64,000 nt of DNA from Candidatus Bathyarchaeia archaeon (GCA_049521795.1 JBEKOM010000001.1:32001-96000), one strand, 5' to 3'. Shown: positions 50,311 through 59,830, numbered from the stretch's first letter. The notes: generated by a model from the letters alone, not told the origin. Numbers and translations: made by a program.

Positions 50311-50577
50311 ATGAATTGTATGACATATGTGAAAAGTGGAATAGCTATGAGTACACGTGACGAAGGTATGTCGATTTATGGGACGGTGAAAGTCGGCGAC
50401 CGAGGCCAAGTGGTGATTCCGGTCAAGGCTCGAAAAGACTTCAACATAAAGCCAGGTGACCTGTTGCTCGTGGTGGCGGGCAAGAAGAAGCGTGGCATCG
50501 CGATGGTCAAAGCAGACGCGATGAGGGAGTTCGCGTCAAGAGTCCTGAAGGGTCTAGAGCAGACCGCAGACGAGTAA
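50311..50577 (+). CDS. AbrB/MazE family DNA-binding protein
   Basis: GTVKVGDRGQVVIP..ARK.FNIKPGD. Confidence 0.85.
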   Translation: MNCMTYVKSGIAMSTRDEGMSIYGTVKVGDRGQVVIPVKARKDFNIKPGDLLLVVAGKKKRGIAMVKADAMREFASRVLKGLEQTADE

Positions 50578-50607
50578 CGAGCACGGTGTCCATGCGGCTG
50601 GAATGTC

Positions 50608-51072
50608 ATGTTTGAAAGGCGTGAACGGATTCAGAGATGGTTCAACGATGTCGTCGAGAAGTTTCGCCAGAAGGGAGCGGTCAGTCCTGACAAGGCGATG
50701 ACGGCTGAGGAGCTCGGTCTTCCGCCGAGGTTCGAAGAGGCGATGAAGAGGCGTCTGGGCCGCTTAGGCGTGTTCGTGGAAGTGAATGGCAGGTACTATC
50801 TTTCAGAAGAAAGGTTGAAGCAAGTGGAAGAACTGCGATCTGCACGGGGCGGGGCATGGAATCCAGGAAACAGAATTATGACGTTGAGACTGTTTCAGTT
50901 GGTCACTATTGTTCTCGTCGTTACTCTTTTCCTCGTAAACCTCTTCGTTCAGAGTTGGGAGCTGAGAATAGTATCCGCCGTCCTTTTGGTTATCTGGCTA
51001 GTGATAGCCATGCTGCAGATATACTTTCTCTCGCGTGTCCGAAAGAGATACACTTCACAGCAGGCCAGCTAG
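50608..51072 (+). CDS. Hypothetical protein (wHTH-like plus two TM)
   Basis: FRQKGA.SP..A.T.EELGL; two C-terminal TM helices. Confidence 0.65.
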   Translation: MFERRERIQRWFNDVVEKFRQKGAVSPDKAMTAEELGLPPRFEEAMKRRLGRLGVFVEVNGRYYLSEERLKQVEELRSARGGAWNPGNRIMTLRLFQLVTIVLVVTLFLVNLFVQSWELRIVSAVLLVIWLVIAMLQIYFLSRVRKRYTSQQAS

Positions 51073-51207
51073 GCACGGGGCGGCTATGCTGTGCCTTGCC
51101 CCTCGACGGAAATCGCGACATTCAACCGCACTCTGGTGTCTGTCTGGGGCACAGAATCCGTTGCTTATGACAAAGTATCTGCAGTTTGAACCTTTTGCAG
51201 CAGCTGT

Positions 51208-51924
51208 TCAACGCTTCCGTGGATCGGGCCAGAGATTGGTTGATCTCAAAACTCTTGACAAAGAAGCTCCGATAAATGTCGCGCTTAACGCGATGACAAT
51301 TCGCTCTACAGGATAAAGAACCGTGAGTGTTTGCCAAGTCGGCAACAGATTTGTCGCATTCGGTATCAAAGCTTCAAAGACTAATGACCCGGCAATCTGA
51401 CCCGCGAGCGTGGACGTCAGGCAAGTGATGAAAAATCCGAGGAGCAGTTTCAGGTTGCTTCCAGATTCTAGAGACCTTGCAGCTAGGGACTGCAGGGGCG
51501 AGACCAGAACGATGAGGACCGCTATCTGGAACCACAGTTCTAGGGGGAACAGCCATGCAGGTCCAACGATTGGATAGAACGCAAAAAGCAGTAGCAACGA
51601 TAGGTAGGCTAGTATGCTGATTATTCTTTTTCCGCTTTTGACCATTCCAGCGCAGAATGTCGTGGCAATGCCTGAGGCGAAGCTCGGGTAGGAGAGGGCG
51701 CCTAGAAAAAACCCGATTGTTCCCCCAAGAAACGCGGATAGAGTTCCTATGTAAGGGCCGAGCAGTATTCCGATGATCGGCGCTACGATTGCAGCAGCAG
51801 TGATTGCTTGCCCCGATAGGCCGATTATCGGAGAGATCTTTATGAATCCGAAAACAGCGTACAAAGCCGTGAAAGTCACCGTCAACGCAGTGTCTTTGGT
51901 CGTCAGTTTTCCGTAGTGCGTCAT
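51208..51924 (-). CDS. ECF transporter S-component
   Basis: FTALY motif; P.IGILLGPY.G; multi-TM. Confidence 0.7.
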   Translation of the reverse strand: MTHYGKLTTKDTALTVTFTALYAVFGFIKISPIIGLSGQAITAAAIVAPIIGILLGPYIGTLSAFLGGTIGFFLGALSYPSFASGIATTFCAGMVKSGKRIISILAYLSLLLLFAFYPIVGPAWLFPLELWFQIAVLIVLVSPLQSLAARSLESGSNLKLLLGFFITCLTSTLAGQIAGSLVFEALIPNATNLLPTWQTLTVLYPVERIVIALSATFIGASLSRVLRSTNLWPDPRKR

Positions 51925-51989
51925 TCTTGTAGTCCTTCGGTGCTATGCGTGGAAACCTAATTATTGGGTGTTGTTTATAAAAGAATGAC

Positions 51990-52784
51990 ATGGCTCGGCG
52001 CATAATCACTCTGACGACTGATTTTGGCTTGAAGGACCCGTACGTGGCAGAGATGAAAGCTGTCATTCTGAACATATGCCTCGACGCCATAATCATAGAC
52101 ATTTCTCATCAAGTCGACAAATTCAACGTTAGGATGGGAGCATACGTCTTAGCATCAGCATCTCCGTATTTTCCAGAAGGCACCATCAACGTTGCGGTTG
52201 TCGACCCGGGAGTTGGAACCAAGAGGCGTCCGCTGTGTATACAGACGAGACACGGCTATTTCATTGGGCCAGACAACGGAGTGCTCGTTCTGGCGGCGAA
52301 GGCCCAGAGGGTAGAGCATGTTTACGAGCTAACGAACTCAAGGTTCATGATGCCAAACGTTTCGAACACGTTTCATGGGAGGGACATCTTCTCGCCAGCA
52401 GCAGCCTACCTGGCAAACGGAGAACTTCCGTCAGACCTTGGACGAGAAACAAGAAAGATAACGGTCCCTGAATTTGCGAAAGTCGTCAGGAGGAAAGCAG
52501 GGCTTGTTGGTGAGGTGATTTACGTAGACGACTTTGGAAACATAATAACAAACATTGGAGAAAAAGAGCTTGCCCCGATGCGAACTATGAAGGCTGTGAA
52601 GGTCAAGGTGAAAAACACTTGGTTTACATTGAGGTTCTGCAGGGCCTACGGGGAAGTTGAGGCGCAGGAACCGTTAGCCCTTATTGGAAGTCACAATTTC
52701 CTCGAACTTTCCGTAAACCAAGGCAACGCATCAAGAGTGTTCAAAGTGAAGAGTGGAGACAGGGTTGTTCTTCAGCGGTCTTAG
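51990..52784 (+). CDS. SAM hydroxide adenosyltransferase (DUF62)
   Basis: TLTTDFG, VVDPGVGT.R, GPDNG, TFHGRDIF, DDFGNIITN. Confidence 0.92.
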   Translation: MARRIITLTTDFGLKDPYVAEMKAVILNICLDAIIIDISHQVDKFNVRMGAYVLASASPYFPEGTINVAVVDPGVGTKRRPLCIQTRHGYFIGPDNGVLVLAAKAQRVEHVYELTNSRFMMPNVSNTFHGRDIFSPAAAYLANGELPSDLGRETRKITVPEFAKVVRRKAGLVGEVIYVDDFGNIITNIGEKELAPMRTMKAVKVKVKNTWFTLRFCRAYGEVEAQEPLALIGSHNFLELSVNQGNASRVFKVKSGDRVVLQRS

Positions 52785-53222
52785 CCTCGATCATCAGTCC
52801 CCTGTACGGTCGTTCGATATGTCGGTTTCTTGAATATGAGTGTCCGGAACCTATTTCAAGCGTAGAAATCCTGCTTTTACGCTGAGATGAGAATGTGTTC
52901 TTGACCAGAAATGTTCCAGGGAATATTCTTTGACGCTACCGAGACATTGATACTTCTGTTTCTGTCCCAATTGTCACTGATCGTAATCGCAGGCGCGATC
53001 TGGGCGAGGATAAGACAGTGAGGCTTTTCAGAAATCGAGGGAAGGCTGTGAGAAAGTGGCGCATGAGAGCGCTCTTTGTTGATCTTCACAAGACGAGGAT
53101 AACGATTTGGACGCCTCCGGGAAAGCATTTGCCTCCTTGGATTTTCAAACGGTCGACACCTTGCGAGAAAGCGAGTAATCATTCATGATCTGTGAGAGTG
53201 CGAGGTCTCTTTATTGAATATC

Positions 53223-53747
53223 CTAGGCTTTGTCGTTTTTGCTTAGGTCTTTGAGCCTGTTGATTCCGTCTATTTCTCTTATAAAAGCTGCCACGCTTTT
53301 GGGCACGAGTTTTTCCCAGTTTTCGTCCTTGACCATTCTCTTTCTGATTTCGGTCGAAGAGTATAGTTTCCTGTCAAAGAAACGAATGGGCTTCACTTTG
53401 TATTCAGCCTCCGTGAAGAGACGACGCGTCAACGGTTCGTTCGAGTAGACAACGTCAAAGCGAGGAGTATAGCCCTCTAAGGAAGACACCCACATCATGT
53501 GCAAGTGCACATCTGGAACGGGCACGATCCAAACTCGTTCATAATCTACTTTGCATTCTTCCAACGCTTCGCGAACCATAACCAGCCTTTCTCCTGCGGT
53601 GAACGGGTTGCTAAGGTTGTGGCTGTACTGCGCGCTGCCGATCACGATTACGAGTTCGTCAACCTCTTTCAGAACTTCCTTTATTGCGCTGAGGTGCCCC
53701 AGATGAAAAGGTTGAAACCTTCCTACGTAAAGGCCCCGTTTGCCCAT
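53223..53747 (-). CDS. nadM: Nicotinamide-nucleotide adenylyltransferase
   Basis: GRFQPFHLGH, GSAQ, NPFTAGER, SSTEIR. Confidence 0.93.
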   Translation of the reverse strand: MGKRGLYVGRFQPFHLGHLSAIKEVLKEVDELVIVIGSAQYSHNLSNPFTAGERLVMVREALEECKVDYERVWIVPVPDVHLHMMWVSSLEGYTPRFDVVYSNEPLTRRLFTEAEYKVKPIRFFDRKLYSSTEIRKRMVKDENWEKLVPKSVAAFIREIDGINRLKDLSKNDKA

Positions 53748-53793
53748 TCGGATCGTCTCTTGCAACCTGTTATCTGTCGAAGAGAATTAACAT

Positions 53794-54381
53794 TTATCCC
53801 TGCTCTGCTTTCCTGATCGCAAGCTCGACTGGAAACACTCGCAATTTCTTGCCGTTCACCGGAATTATGCGTTCAGCAGGGTATCCACGCCTTTCACGCT
53901 TCAGAAAAGCAAGCTTGACGTCCAAGCCGCCTCCGTACCCACCCAGTGTCAAGTCCGCCCTTACAACTCGATGGCACGGGCAGACCGGTGCAAAAGGGTT
54001 TGAAGCCATGACCTGCCCAACAGCTCTCGGCCCTCCTCCGACGGTTTTGGCAACTTCACCGTACGTGGTCACGTAGCCCGGCGGTACCTTGCAAACGGTT
54101 TCGATTACTTTCTTAGTGTACTTTGGCAGATGCTCCTCGGCCAGGGAGAACGTTTGAGACACGTCTTTCCCATCGTAAATCTCCTTCAACGCTTCGATTA
54201 CAGAATGCGCAAACTCTGTTCTCTCTGGATTTTCCGCAGAACCATGAAAGCGGACACCCTCCCTCAATTCTCGTAGAGCATTGTTCTGAGTGAAGGCAAA
54301 AGTTGTCGCGTAGACAGATTCTTCTTCAAACGCGACTCCAAACCAGACATCTCCCACTTTCTCAGTGTAAACACTTATCAT
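53794..54381 (-). CDS. ogt: O6-methylguanine-DNA methyltransferase
   Basis: TYGEVA, RAVG, PCHRVV, GGY.GG. Confidence 0.9.
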   Translation of the reverse strand: MISVYTEKVGDVWFGVAFEEESVYATTFAFTQNNALRELREGVRFHGSAENPERTEFAHSVIEALKEIYDGKDVSQTFSLAEEHLPKYTKKVIETVCKVPPGYVTTYGEVAKTVGGGPRAVGQVMASNPFAPVCPCHRVVRADLTLGGYGGGLDVKLAFLKRERRGYPAERIIPVNGKKLRVFPVELAIRKAEQG

Positions 54382-54492
54382 GCTTGCTTCCTCTCGTAGA
54401 ACTATCGCCGCATCTAGTCTTATTTCTTGCTCCTCTAATTCAATCTTGCACGCACACGCTTCATTGAGAAAACCGCAAACACACTTGCCGAA

Positions 54493-55035
54493 GTGCGCGC
54501 GTTGAACGAAAAAGACTTGAACAACCATGAGAACCTGCGATGGGCATGGAATGTGATCGACAACGAAAGTCGATTTTGGCTTGCCTCTCAGATAACGGAG
54601 AAAAGGGAAATTGCAGACGCAAGACAGGTTCTGGCTCAAGCCTCAGGCCTTTCAAAAACGAGACCGATGGCAACAGTGACAGACGGACTGAGAGCCTATC
54701 AAGAGGCGATACCTAAGGAGATTTTCCCTTTGAAGGGGCCGAGGACTCAGCATGTTAATATTCCGAATATTAGAGATCGTTCCAACAACAACATGGTTGA
54801 AAGATTGCACGGAACGATTAGGCAGAGAAACAAGGTTATGCGAGGACTCGATGATCAAGAGACAGCACAGACAATGATGGATGGACTCAGAATTTACTAC
54901 AATTTCATAAGGCCGCACACTGCCCTAAACGGAAAAACGCCCGCACAAAAAGCAAATATTGAAACTGACAAGGCAGAATGGATGTCTCTAATTAAGAAGT
55001 CAAGTCAACATCAGAGGTTTGAGACAAGTTCTTAA
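54493..55035 (+). pseudogene. C-terminal half of an IS6-like DDE transposase
   Basis: WNVID..SRFWLA, VTDGLRAY, NNMVERLHG, YNFIRPH.ALNGKTPA; first Asp, HTH and Zn fingers missing. Confidence 0.85.
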
Positions 55036-55060
55036 GGCGTGGTAGGACTCTTATTCAAAC

Positions 55061-55915
55061 ATGGCAGGAATTGATGTTAATGTTTTGCTGAATACAATAC
55101 TTGGTGGAATCATAACGATCTCGGGAAGTCTTGCAGTTGCTGGATTGTACATAAGAAACCAAAATAAAAATCAAAGAAAAAGACGTCTGCAGGAGTTGAT
55201 TCAACAAACGTACTTCGAGCAGGGTATTCTCCCAGTCCTAGCAGCATTGTCAGAATATGGAACGAATACCGTATTTGCTTTAGCTGACACGAGAATATGG
55301 CTGGTAAGATGCTTCAGACTTGGAGAAGGTACTGAAGTTCTAAAAACACGATTGGAAGAGATTGCAAAACGTCCCGTGATAGTGGATTTAACTAGCCACA
55401 ATTTCACTAATGTTTTGAAGTGGCTTCCTACCCTTCAAAAATTCGGAATGCCATTGTATAGTTCAATCAAGAGAACTCTTCAATTCTACAGTAGCCTTGT
55501 AAGTGATGCAACTTCGTTTAGCTTATTGGAGAAAACCATTAAAAACTCTTCAGTTGAGGAGGTTGCTCGAAGTATGGGTGCAGTTGCCCAAATAATTGAT
55601 TTTACGCTAATGTATCTTGAAAAAAGATTTACAAACCTCAGAGACTATTTCTGGCAGCAGGAATTGGAGAATTACCACGATTTCTCGCAAGTGTTTTCAG
55701 ACACAAAATATCGTAACTTTCTATCAGTTATGGATCAGTATATGAAGCGGTTGACCCAATTGATGAATGCCATGCAATCAGAGAAGCCAGAGGACCGACC
55801 AAGAGAAACTCTTTCATTCAGCAAATGGCTAGGGGATAACTTGGACAATAACCCCCTTGAAAATAACGCCAAAACAGAAGAAGTACAGAAAATTGAAACA
55901 AAAAAGCCTAGTTAG
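55061..55915 (+). CDS. Cargo protein of element A, N-terminal TM plus helical domain
   Basis: 284-aa ORF; no family recognised. Confidence 0.7.
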   Translation: MAGIDVNVLLNTILGGIITISGSLAVAGLYIRNQNKNQRKRRLQELIQQTYFEQGILPVLAALSEYGTNTVFALADTRIWLVRCFRLGEGTEVLKTRLEEIAKRPVIVDLTSHNFTNVLKWLPTLQKFGMPLYSSIKRTLQFYSSLVSDATSFSLLEKTIKNSSVEEVARSMGAVAQIIDFTLMYLEKRFTNLRDYFWQQELENYHDFSQVFSDTKYRNFLSVMDQYMKRLTQLMNAMQSEKPEDRPRETLSFSKWLGDNLDNNPLENNAKTEEVQKIETKKPS

Positions 55916-55977
55916 ATTTGCTTAACTTGGCAATCTTGCCTTTTGATAGAAACATCAATCATTAGAAAAATTCTATC

Positions 55978-56136
55978 TCAAGCAAAAAGTCTCCATAATA
56001 ATATTATGGAGCAAACAATACAGATTATTCCAGAGCTTATAGCGACTTTGATAAGCTCTTTGTCTGGTTCTCTTTGCCACCATTCTTTTATTTTGAGAAT
56101 AAACAAATCAATTCTAACCTTTGACGAATGAATCAC
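55978..56136 (-). CDS. Possible 52-aa membrane peptide
   Basis: GTG start after AGAGG; C-terminal hydrophobic helix. Confidence 0.3.
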   Translation of the reverse strand: MIHSSKVRIDLFILKIKEWWQREPDKELIKVAISSGIICIVCSIILLWRLFA

Positions 56137-56296
56137 CCTCTCATGCTCCAGTTTTTGAGAGAAAAGTTCATGCCTCGGAGAACCTGAATCATTGTTCTAT
56201 GTGGGTTTCCTGACAGATGGTTCATTCGACGAAGACTATATAGAACGATGGAAAAGCCCCGACAGTTAACAAACTTCTTTAAGCCCCGAAGAGTTA

Positions 56297-56319
56297 ACAG
56301 AACCCTTTATCAGGTTCTG
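56297..56319. repeat. A/B junction ACAGAACC-CTTTATCA-GGTTCTG
   Basis: Exact 23-bp direct repeat with 60452-60474; palindromic arms around an asymmetric 8-bp core. Confidence 0.95.
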
Positions 56320-56378
56320 TAAACTTATCGGTTGGTGGTTCTGTGATAATGTAACCTTGCCTGTCATGGCATTAATGG

Positions 56379-56876
56379 CTACTGAGACTCTGTAATGTGA
56401 ATATCGTTTTGGATGTTGATCGCGACATTTAATCTAAGAGTCAGCGTTTTGAACCCAAGCTTTTGAGCGATCTGGAAAGAAGCTTTTTGATATTTCTTCG
56501 GTTCTGATTGATTGACCTTGACCTCAATAAAGAAGAGGTCACCATCTTTCTTTACGACAAAATCTGGAGCGATGCCGACACGACTATAATGACTTGCTAG
56601 CCTCGTTTCAGCCTCTTCCCTTGCCAACTTCCTTATAGCCTCAATGTATGCTTCCATATCTTCAAGTTTTCCACCAAAAAAGTCGCTAAAGAACTTGTCA
56701 AATTTTTCTGACTTTTTGCGATGCATATAGAAATCGAGTTTGAACATTATATCTCGGAACAAATGGACTTCATAGCCGTTTTGCTTCAAGTATTCTCTCG
56801 CTACTTTTTCCCCAATAGAACCGAACTCATTACTGACATTGACTTTCCATGTGCCGTCATTTGCACCTTTTGTCAT
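56379..56876 (-). CDS. PD-(D/E)XK nuclease (YraN/Hjc/VRR-NUC-like)
   Basis: GSIGEKVAREYL...APDFVV...FFIEVK. Confidence 0.8.
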   Translation of the reverse strand: MTKGANDGTWKVNVSNEFGSIGEKVAREYLKQNGYEVHLFRDIMFKLDFYMHRKKSEKFDKFFSDFFGGKLEDMEAYIEAIRKLAREEAETRLASHYSRVGIAPDFVVKKDGDLFFIEVKVNQSEPKKYQKASFQIAQKLGFKTLTLRLNVAINIQNDIHITESQ

Positions 56877-57010
56877 GCCAACTACCTCAATAACAGTCTC
56901 CCAGTTGGGAGTATTAATCTGATCTGAAACTCGATACTGTAAACTTACCTGTCATGGGTTCTTGGGTTGAAATTTCTGGCATCGATTTTATTGGTACAAT
57001 GAGTGCGCGC

Positions 57011-57259
57011 TCATGATGTTATGCGAAAATAAGAATGATCGTATTCTGGAACGAAATCTGGTTTTCCCTTTTTGAGTTCATTCCAGACTTCTTTGAATGT
57101 TTCTTCTTTAGATTTTCCACTTTTTGCGATATGGCTCTTTCTTACTTCAGAATACACTAGCCGAAAGTGATTTTGAAGAGAACCCTTTACTCCTCTAGGA
57201 ATACGTGCCAAATCCTCTTTTACTTGTTGATTGAGAGTTTCTAGGCTTACCTTGACCAT
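57011..57259 (-). CDS. Small hypothetical protein
   Basis: 82-aa ORF with own TATA-like upstream region. Confidence 0.55.
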   Translation of the reverse strand: MVKVSLETLNQQVKEDLARIPRGVKGSLQNHFRLVYSEVRKSHIAKSGKSKEETFKEVWNELKKGKPDFVPEYDHSYFRITS

Positions 57260-57373
57260 GAGACGACATCTCCACTATAACAATCTTCATTTTCTTGATT
57301 AATACATATTTCCAACATTTTTTTGTTCAAATGAGCCCTAAGCACAAATCCGATTTTTCTTCTGTGAACCATT

Positions 57374-57583
57374 TTGAGTTATCGAAAACGACATGACGCT
57401 AAGAAATGGCTTGTCGTAAGAAGGAAAGGACACAGTATTATCCGAGTTGTCGCTGGAGAACGATATAGAACTAAAAAAAGAGCTCTGAAAGAGGCTAGGG
57501 ATTATAACAAAGCGTACAAGGGTTCCGATGTCAAGTTCATGGTCAGAAAAGAAGGGTGGAGAAGAAAGCGGTGGTGGTCATAA
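57374..57583 (+). CDS. Small very basic protein
   Basis: 69 aa, K/R-rich. Confidence 0.5.
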   Translation: MSYRKRHDAKKWLVVRRKGHSIIRVVAGERYRTKKRALKEARDYNKAYKGSDVKFMVRKEGWRRKRWWS

Positions 57584-57623
57584 TCAGGGTTCGACCCTTG
57601 TAAACTGGCATAAGATCACTTCT

Positions 57624-57689
57624 TAAAACGGGCCCTAACGCAACTTGGGAAAAAAGGGCCCTGATACAGCCTTCCTAAAACGGGCCCTA
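57624..57689 (+). repeat. Three 14-bp repeats with 26-bp period
   Basis: TAAAACGGGCCCTA at 57624 and 57676; AAAAAAGGGCCCTG at 57650. Confidence 0.75.
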
Positions 57690-57721
57690 TCTGATGCCTA
57701 ATAGAAAAATCCTAGCGGGCT

Positions 57722-57919
57722 TTGATAGGGTTGAAGCAAATGTTAAATTCTGAAGAGCATGAAACAAAAAATAAGGCTGAGGAAATGCCACCAAAGAGAA
57801 CAAGTCAGAAGAAACCCAGAAAAAGAAGAGCTAGAAAAAAATCTAGCAAAGGCGGTTTCTGGGATGAAGTTGAAAAATTCCTTGGAATTAAGCAGACAAG
57901 GAAGAAGAGAGCAAGATGA
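57722..57919 (+). CDS. Small basic protein coupled to PIN gene (antitoxin position)
   Basis: Stop overlaps the PIN start (ATGA); start uncertain. Confidence 0.45.
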   Translation: MIGLKQMLNSEEHETKNKAEEMPPKRTSQKKPRKRRARKKSSKGGFWDEVEKFLGIKQTRKKRAR

Positions 57920-58464
57920 GAGTTTACTTGGATTCATGTATTCTCTTGGACTTTCTCCTAGATCGTAATGATGCATCGAGTCGTTTTATTGAGCATTTTG
58001 CGAAAGAACATGGGATAACTCTTATTCTGAGTAAATGGACACTAATCGAAACGCTCGGAGGCATGAAAGACAGATTTATGCTTCTGAAACTGATTTTTGA
58101 AGAGAACTTGGCTCCTGAAGAGGTACTGAGAAGGAGAAGAGAAATCGAGCCTAAGAAACATGAATTAAAAGGGCTACTCGATCAACTAAAGAGATTTGTC
58201 GAATATGATGTCAAAGGCATTGCTGAAGTTTTCGATGAACCAAACGCGACTTGGCATACGATTTTAGAGAGCTTGGAGACGCTCAAGGATACGGGACTTG
58301 ATGCTGGAGACGCTCTGCATCTCCATAATGCATTGAAAGCAAAATGCGATGTTTTCCTAACGCGAGATAGCCCTGCGACTAGAAGGGTAAAGAAATCCAA
58401 GCTAATGAAGATTCAAACTCCAGAAAATCTTATGAAAGACAGGAAAACTCACTCTTCAAATTAG
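57916..58464 (+). CDS. PIN-domain (VapC-like) ribonuclease
   Basis: VYLDSCIL, TLIE, DAGDALHL, FLTRD acidic tetrad. Confidence 0.85.
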   Translation: MRVYLDSCILLDFLLDRNDASSRFIEHFAKEHGITLILSKWTLIETLGGMKDRFMLLKLIFEENLAPEEVLRRRREIEPKKHELKGLLDQLKRFVEYDVKGIAEVFDEPNATWHTILESLETLKDTGLDAGDALHLHNALKAKCDVFLTRDSPATRRVKKSKLMKIQTPENLMKDRKTHSSN

Positions 58465-59606
58465 CATTTTTTGCTCGCATTTTGTATTAGAGTTAGCCAC
58501 TTGTTCTTTCCTAGTTTCAGGTCTATGTTGGCTTGTTGTGCTGGAGTTTTTCCGTTTAGGGCTTGATGTGGTCTTATGACGTTGTAGTATGTTCTGTACG
58601 TTTCTGTCATTGTTTTTGCTGTGCGTTCTGTCTTTAAACCTCTCATAACCTTGTCTCGTTCTCTGATCGTGCCATGCAATCTTTCTATGATATTGTTGTT
58701 GGCTCTGCTTCTTATTCCAGCGTTTGCCATATGTTTTGTTCTCGGATTCTTCAGAGTCCAAAACTCCTTCTTGAAAGCTTCAGCGTACGAGCGTAAGCCA
58801 TCCGTGATTATGACCTCTGGATTATGTCCAACCTTTTCCTTAGCTTTTGCGAAAACTTGTCTTGCATCTGAAGCTTCCCTGCCTTCAGAAACATGAGACG
58901 CAAGTAAGTATCTGGTCGAATTGTCCATACAATTCCATAACCAGAGCCATTTTCCACCACAGCGGATTTTCATTTCATCCGTGTTCCAGACTTTTGATAG
59001 CTCTGGTTCAAGCTGGTCAACGTAGGCGTTGATGATTCGTCCATACTTCTGCAACCACTTGAAAACTCCCATCTGACTAATGTCTAAACCATAAAACTGC
59101 TTGATATGGTCAACGATCTTTCTGAGGCTTATGCCCTTGAAATAGAGGTCTAAAGCTAACGAAACAATTTTGGGATCGAACCGCATCCTAGCGAACCCTT
59201 CATCAACAACGAAGCTTTGACCGCAATCCTTGCACTTGAACCTCGGAGTTTTCACGTTTCTGTTCTTGCGGTAACCCCATTTGATAATGTTGACTGACCC
59301 ACAGAATTTGCAAGTGGAAGCCTCTGAAAATTCTCGGTAAAGCTGGAAAACATCAGCATTGTCAATTTTCTCTTTAAGGCTTATCCAGAAGCGAACAGCA
59401 AAAATGTGTTTGCAAACAACCTTTCGGTATTCGTGATCTGGGCAAGTGCAATCCCATTCTTTTCCGTTAGTTACAACATATTGACCGTTCCCAGATTGAC
59501 TTTTCACCTTGAATATGTGAGATTCTTTTTGCTCTATCTGCTCGTTTTGGGCTATTATTGCGAAGCCTCGAACCATTCTTCCGTTTGTCAGGTTTTGAGT
59601 TGTCAT
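58461..59606 (-). CDS. IS6-like DDE transposase with N-terminal SWIM finger and zinc ribbon
   Basis: SWIM CTCPD...CKH; CKFCGS/CKDCG ribbon; HTH; D (TDE), D (ITDG), E (NNIIER). Confidence 0.92.
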   Translation of the reverse strand: MTTQNLTNGRMVRGFAIIAQNEQIEQKESHIFKVKSQSGNGQYVVTNGKEWDCTCPDHEYRKVVCKHIFAVRFWISLKEKIDNADVFQLYREFSEASTCKFCGSVNIIKWGYRKNRNVKTPRFKCKDCGQSFVVDEGFARMRFDPKIVSLALDLYFKGISLRKIVDHIKQFYGLDISQMGVFKWLQKYGRIINAYVDQLEPELSKVWNTDEMKIRCGGKWLWLWNCMDNSTRYLLASHVSEGREASDARQVFAKAKEKVGHNPEVIITDGLRSYAEAFKKEFWTLKNPRTKHMANAGIRSRANNNIIERLHGTIRERDKVMRGLKTERTAKTMTETYRTYYNVIRPHQALNGKTPAQQANIDLKLGKNKWLTLIQNASKKC

Positions 59607-59692
59607 GTTGTTACACCTATTGGTATCTAATGGTATAATAGCAAATCTTAAATATAAAGGTTGCTAATGGTATCTATAGGTAGTGATTCAGA

Positions 59693-59830
59693 ATGCCTAT
59701 GAAGAAAATAATGGTATCAATGACGCAAGAAATGGTAGATGCCCTAGAAAAAGAGAGAAAAAAACGAAAACTAGCTAGTGTCCCTGAGGTGGTCAGACAA
59801 ATATTGGGAGAATACGTTTCTAGTGACTGA
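59693..59830 (+). CDS. Ribbon-helix-helix (CopG-like) regulator divergent from the transposase (not in ORF track)
   Basis: MPMKKIMVSMTQEMVDALEKERKKRKLASVPEVVRQILGEYVSSD. Confidence 0.75.
   Translation: MPMKKIMVSMTQEMVDALEKERKKRKLASVPEVVRQILGEYVSSD

Larger units (their letters stand above)
54493..56304 (+). mobile_element. Element A: 5'-truncated IS6-like cargo transposon (right end intact)
   Basis: Partial transposase; right end ...GAGTTAACAGAACC followed by CTTTATCA. Confidence 0.65.

Noticed and set aside
51925-51989. TPP riboswitch upstream of the ECF S-component
   Set aside because: The spacer is only 65 bp and lacks CTGAGA and the other TPP core motifs
52790-53220. ORF 52877-53182 as a real gene
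   Set aside because: No recognisable motif and atypical composition; possibly a decayed remnant
54373-54380. ACTTATCA as the left target copy of the array
   Set aside because: Imperfect match, lies within the first codons of ogt and is not followed by a GGTTCTG end
54382-54639. Long N-terminal extension of ogt
   Set aside because: Antisense to the transposase fragment; ATG 54381 gives a normal-sized protein
57624-57689. CRISPR array
   Set aside because: Repeats (14 bp) and spacers (12 bp) are too short, there are only three units, and no cas genes are in the window
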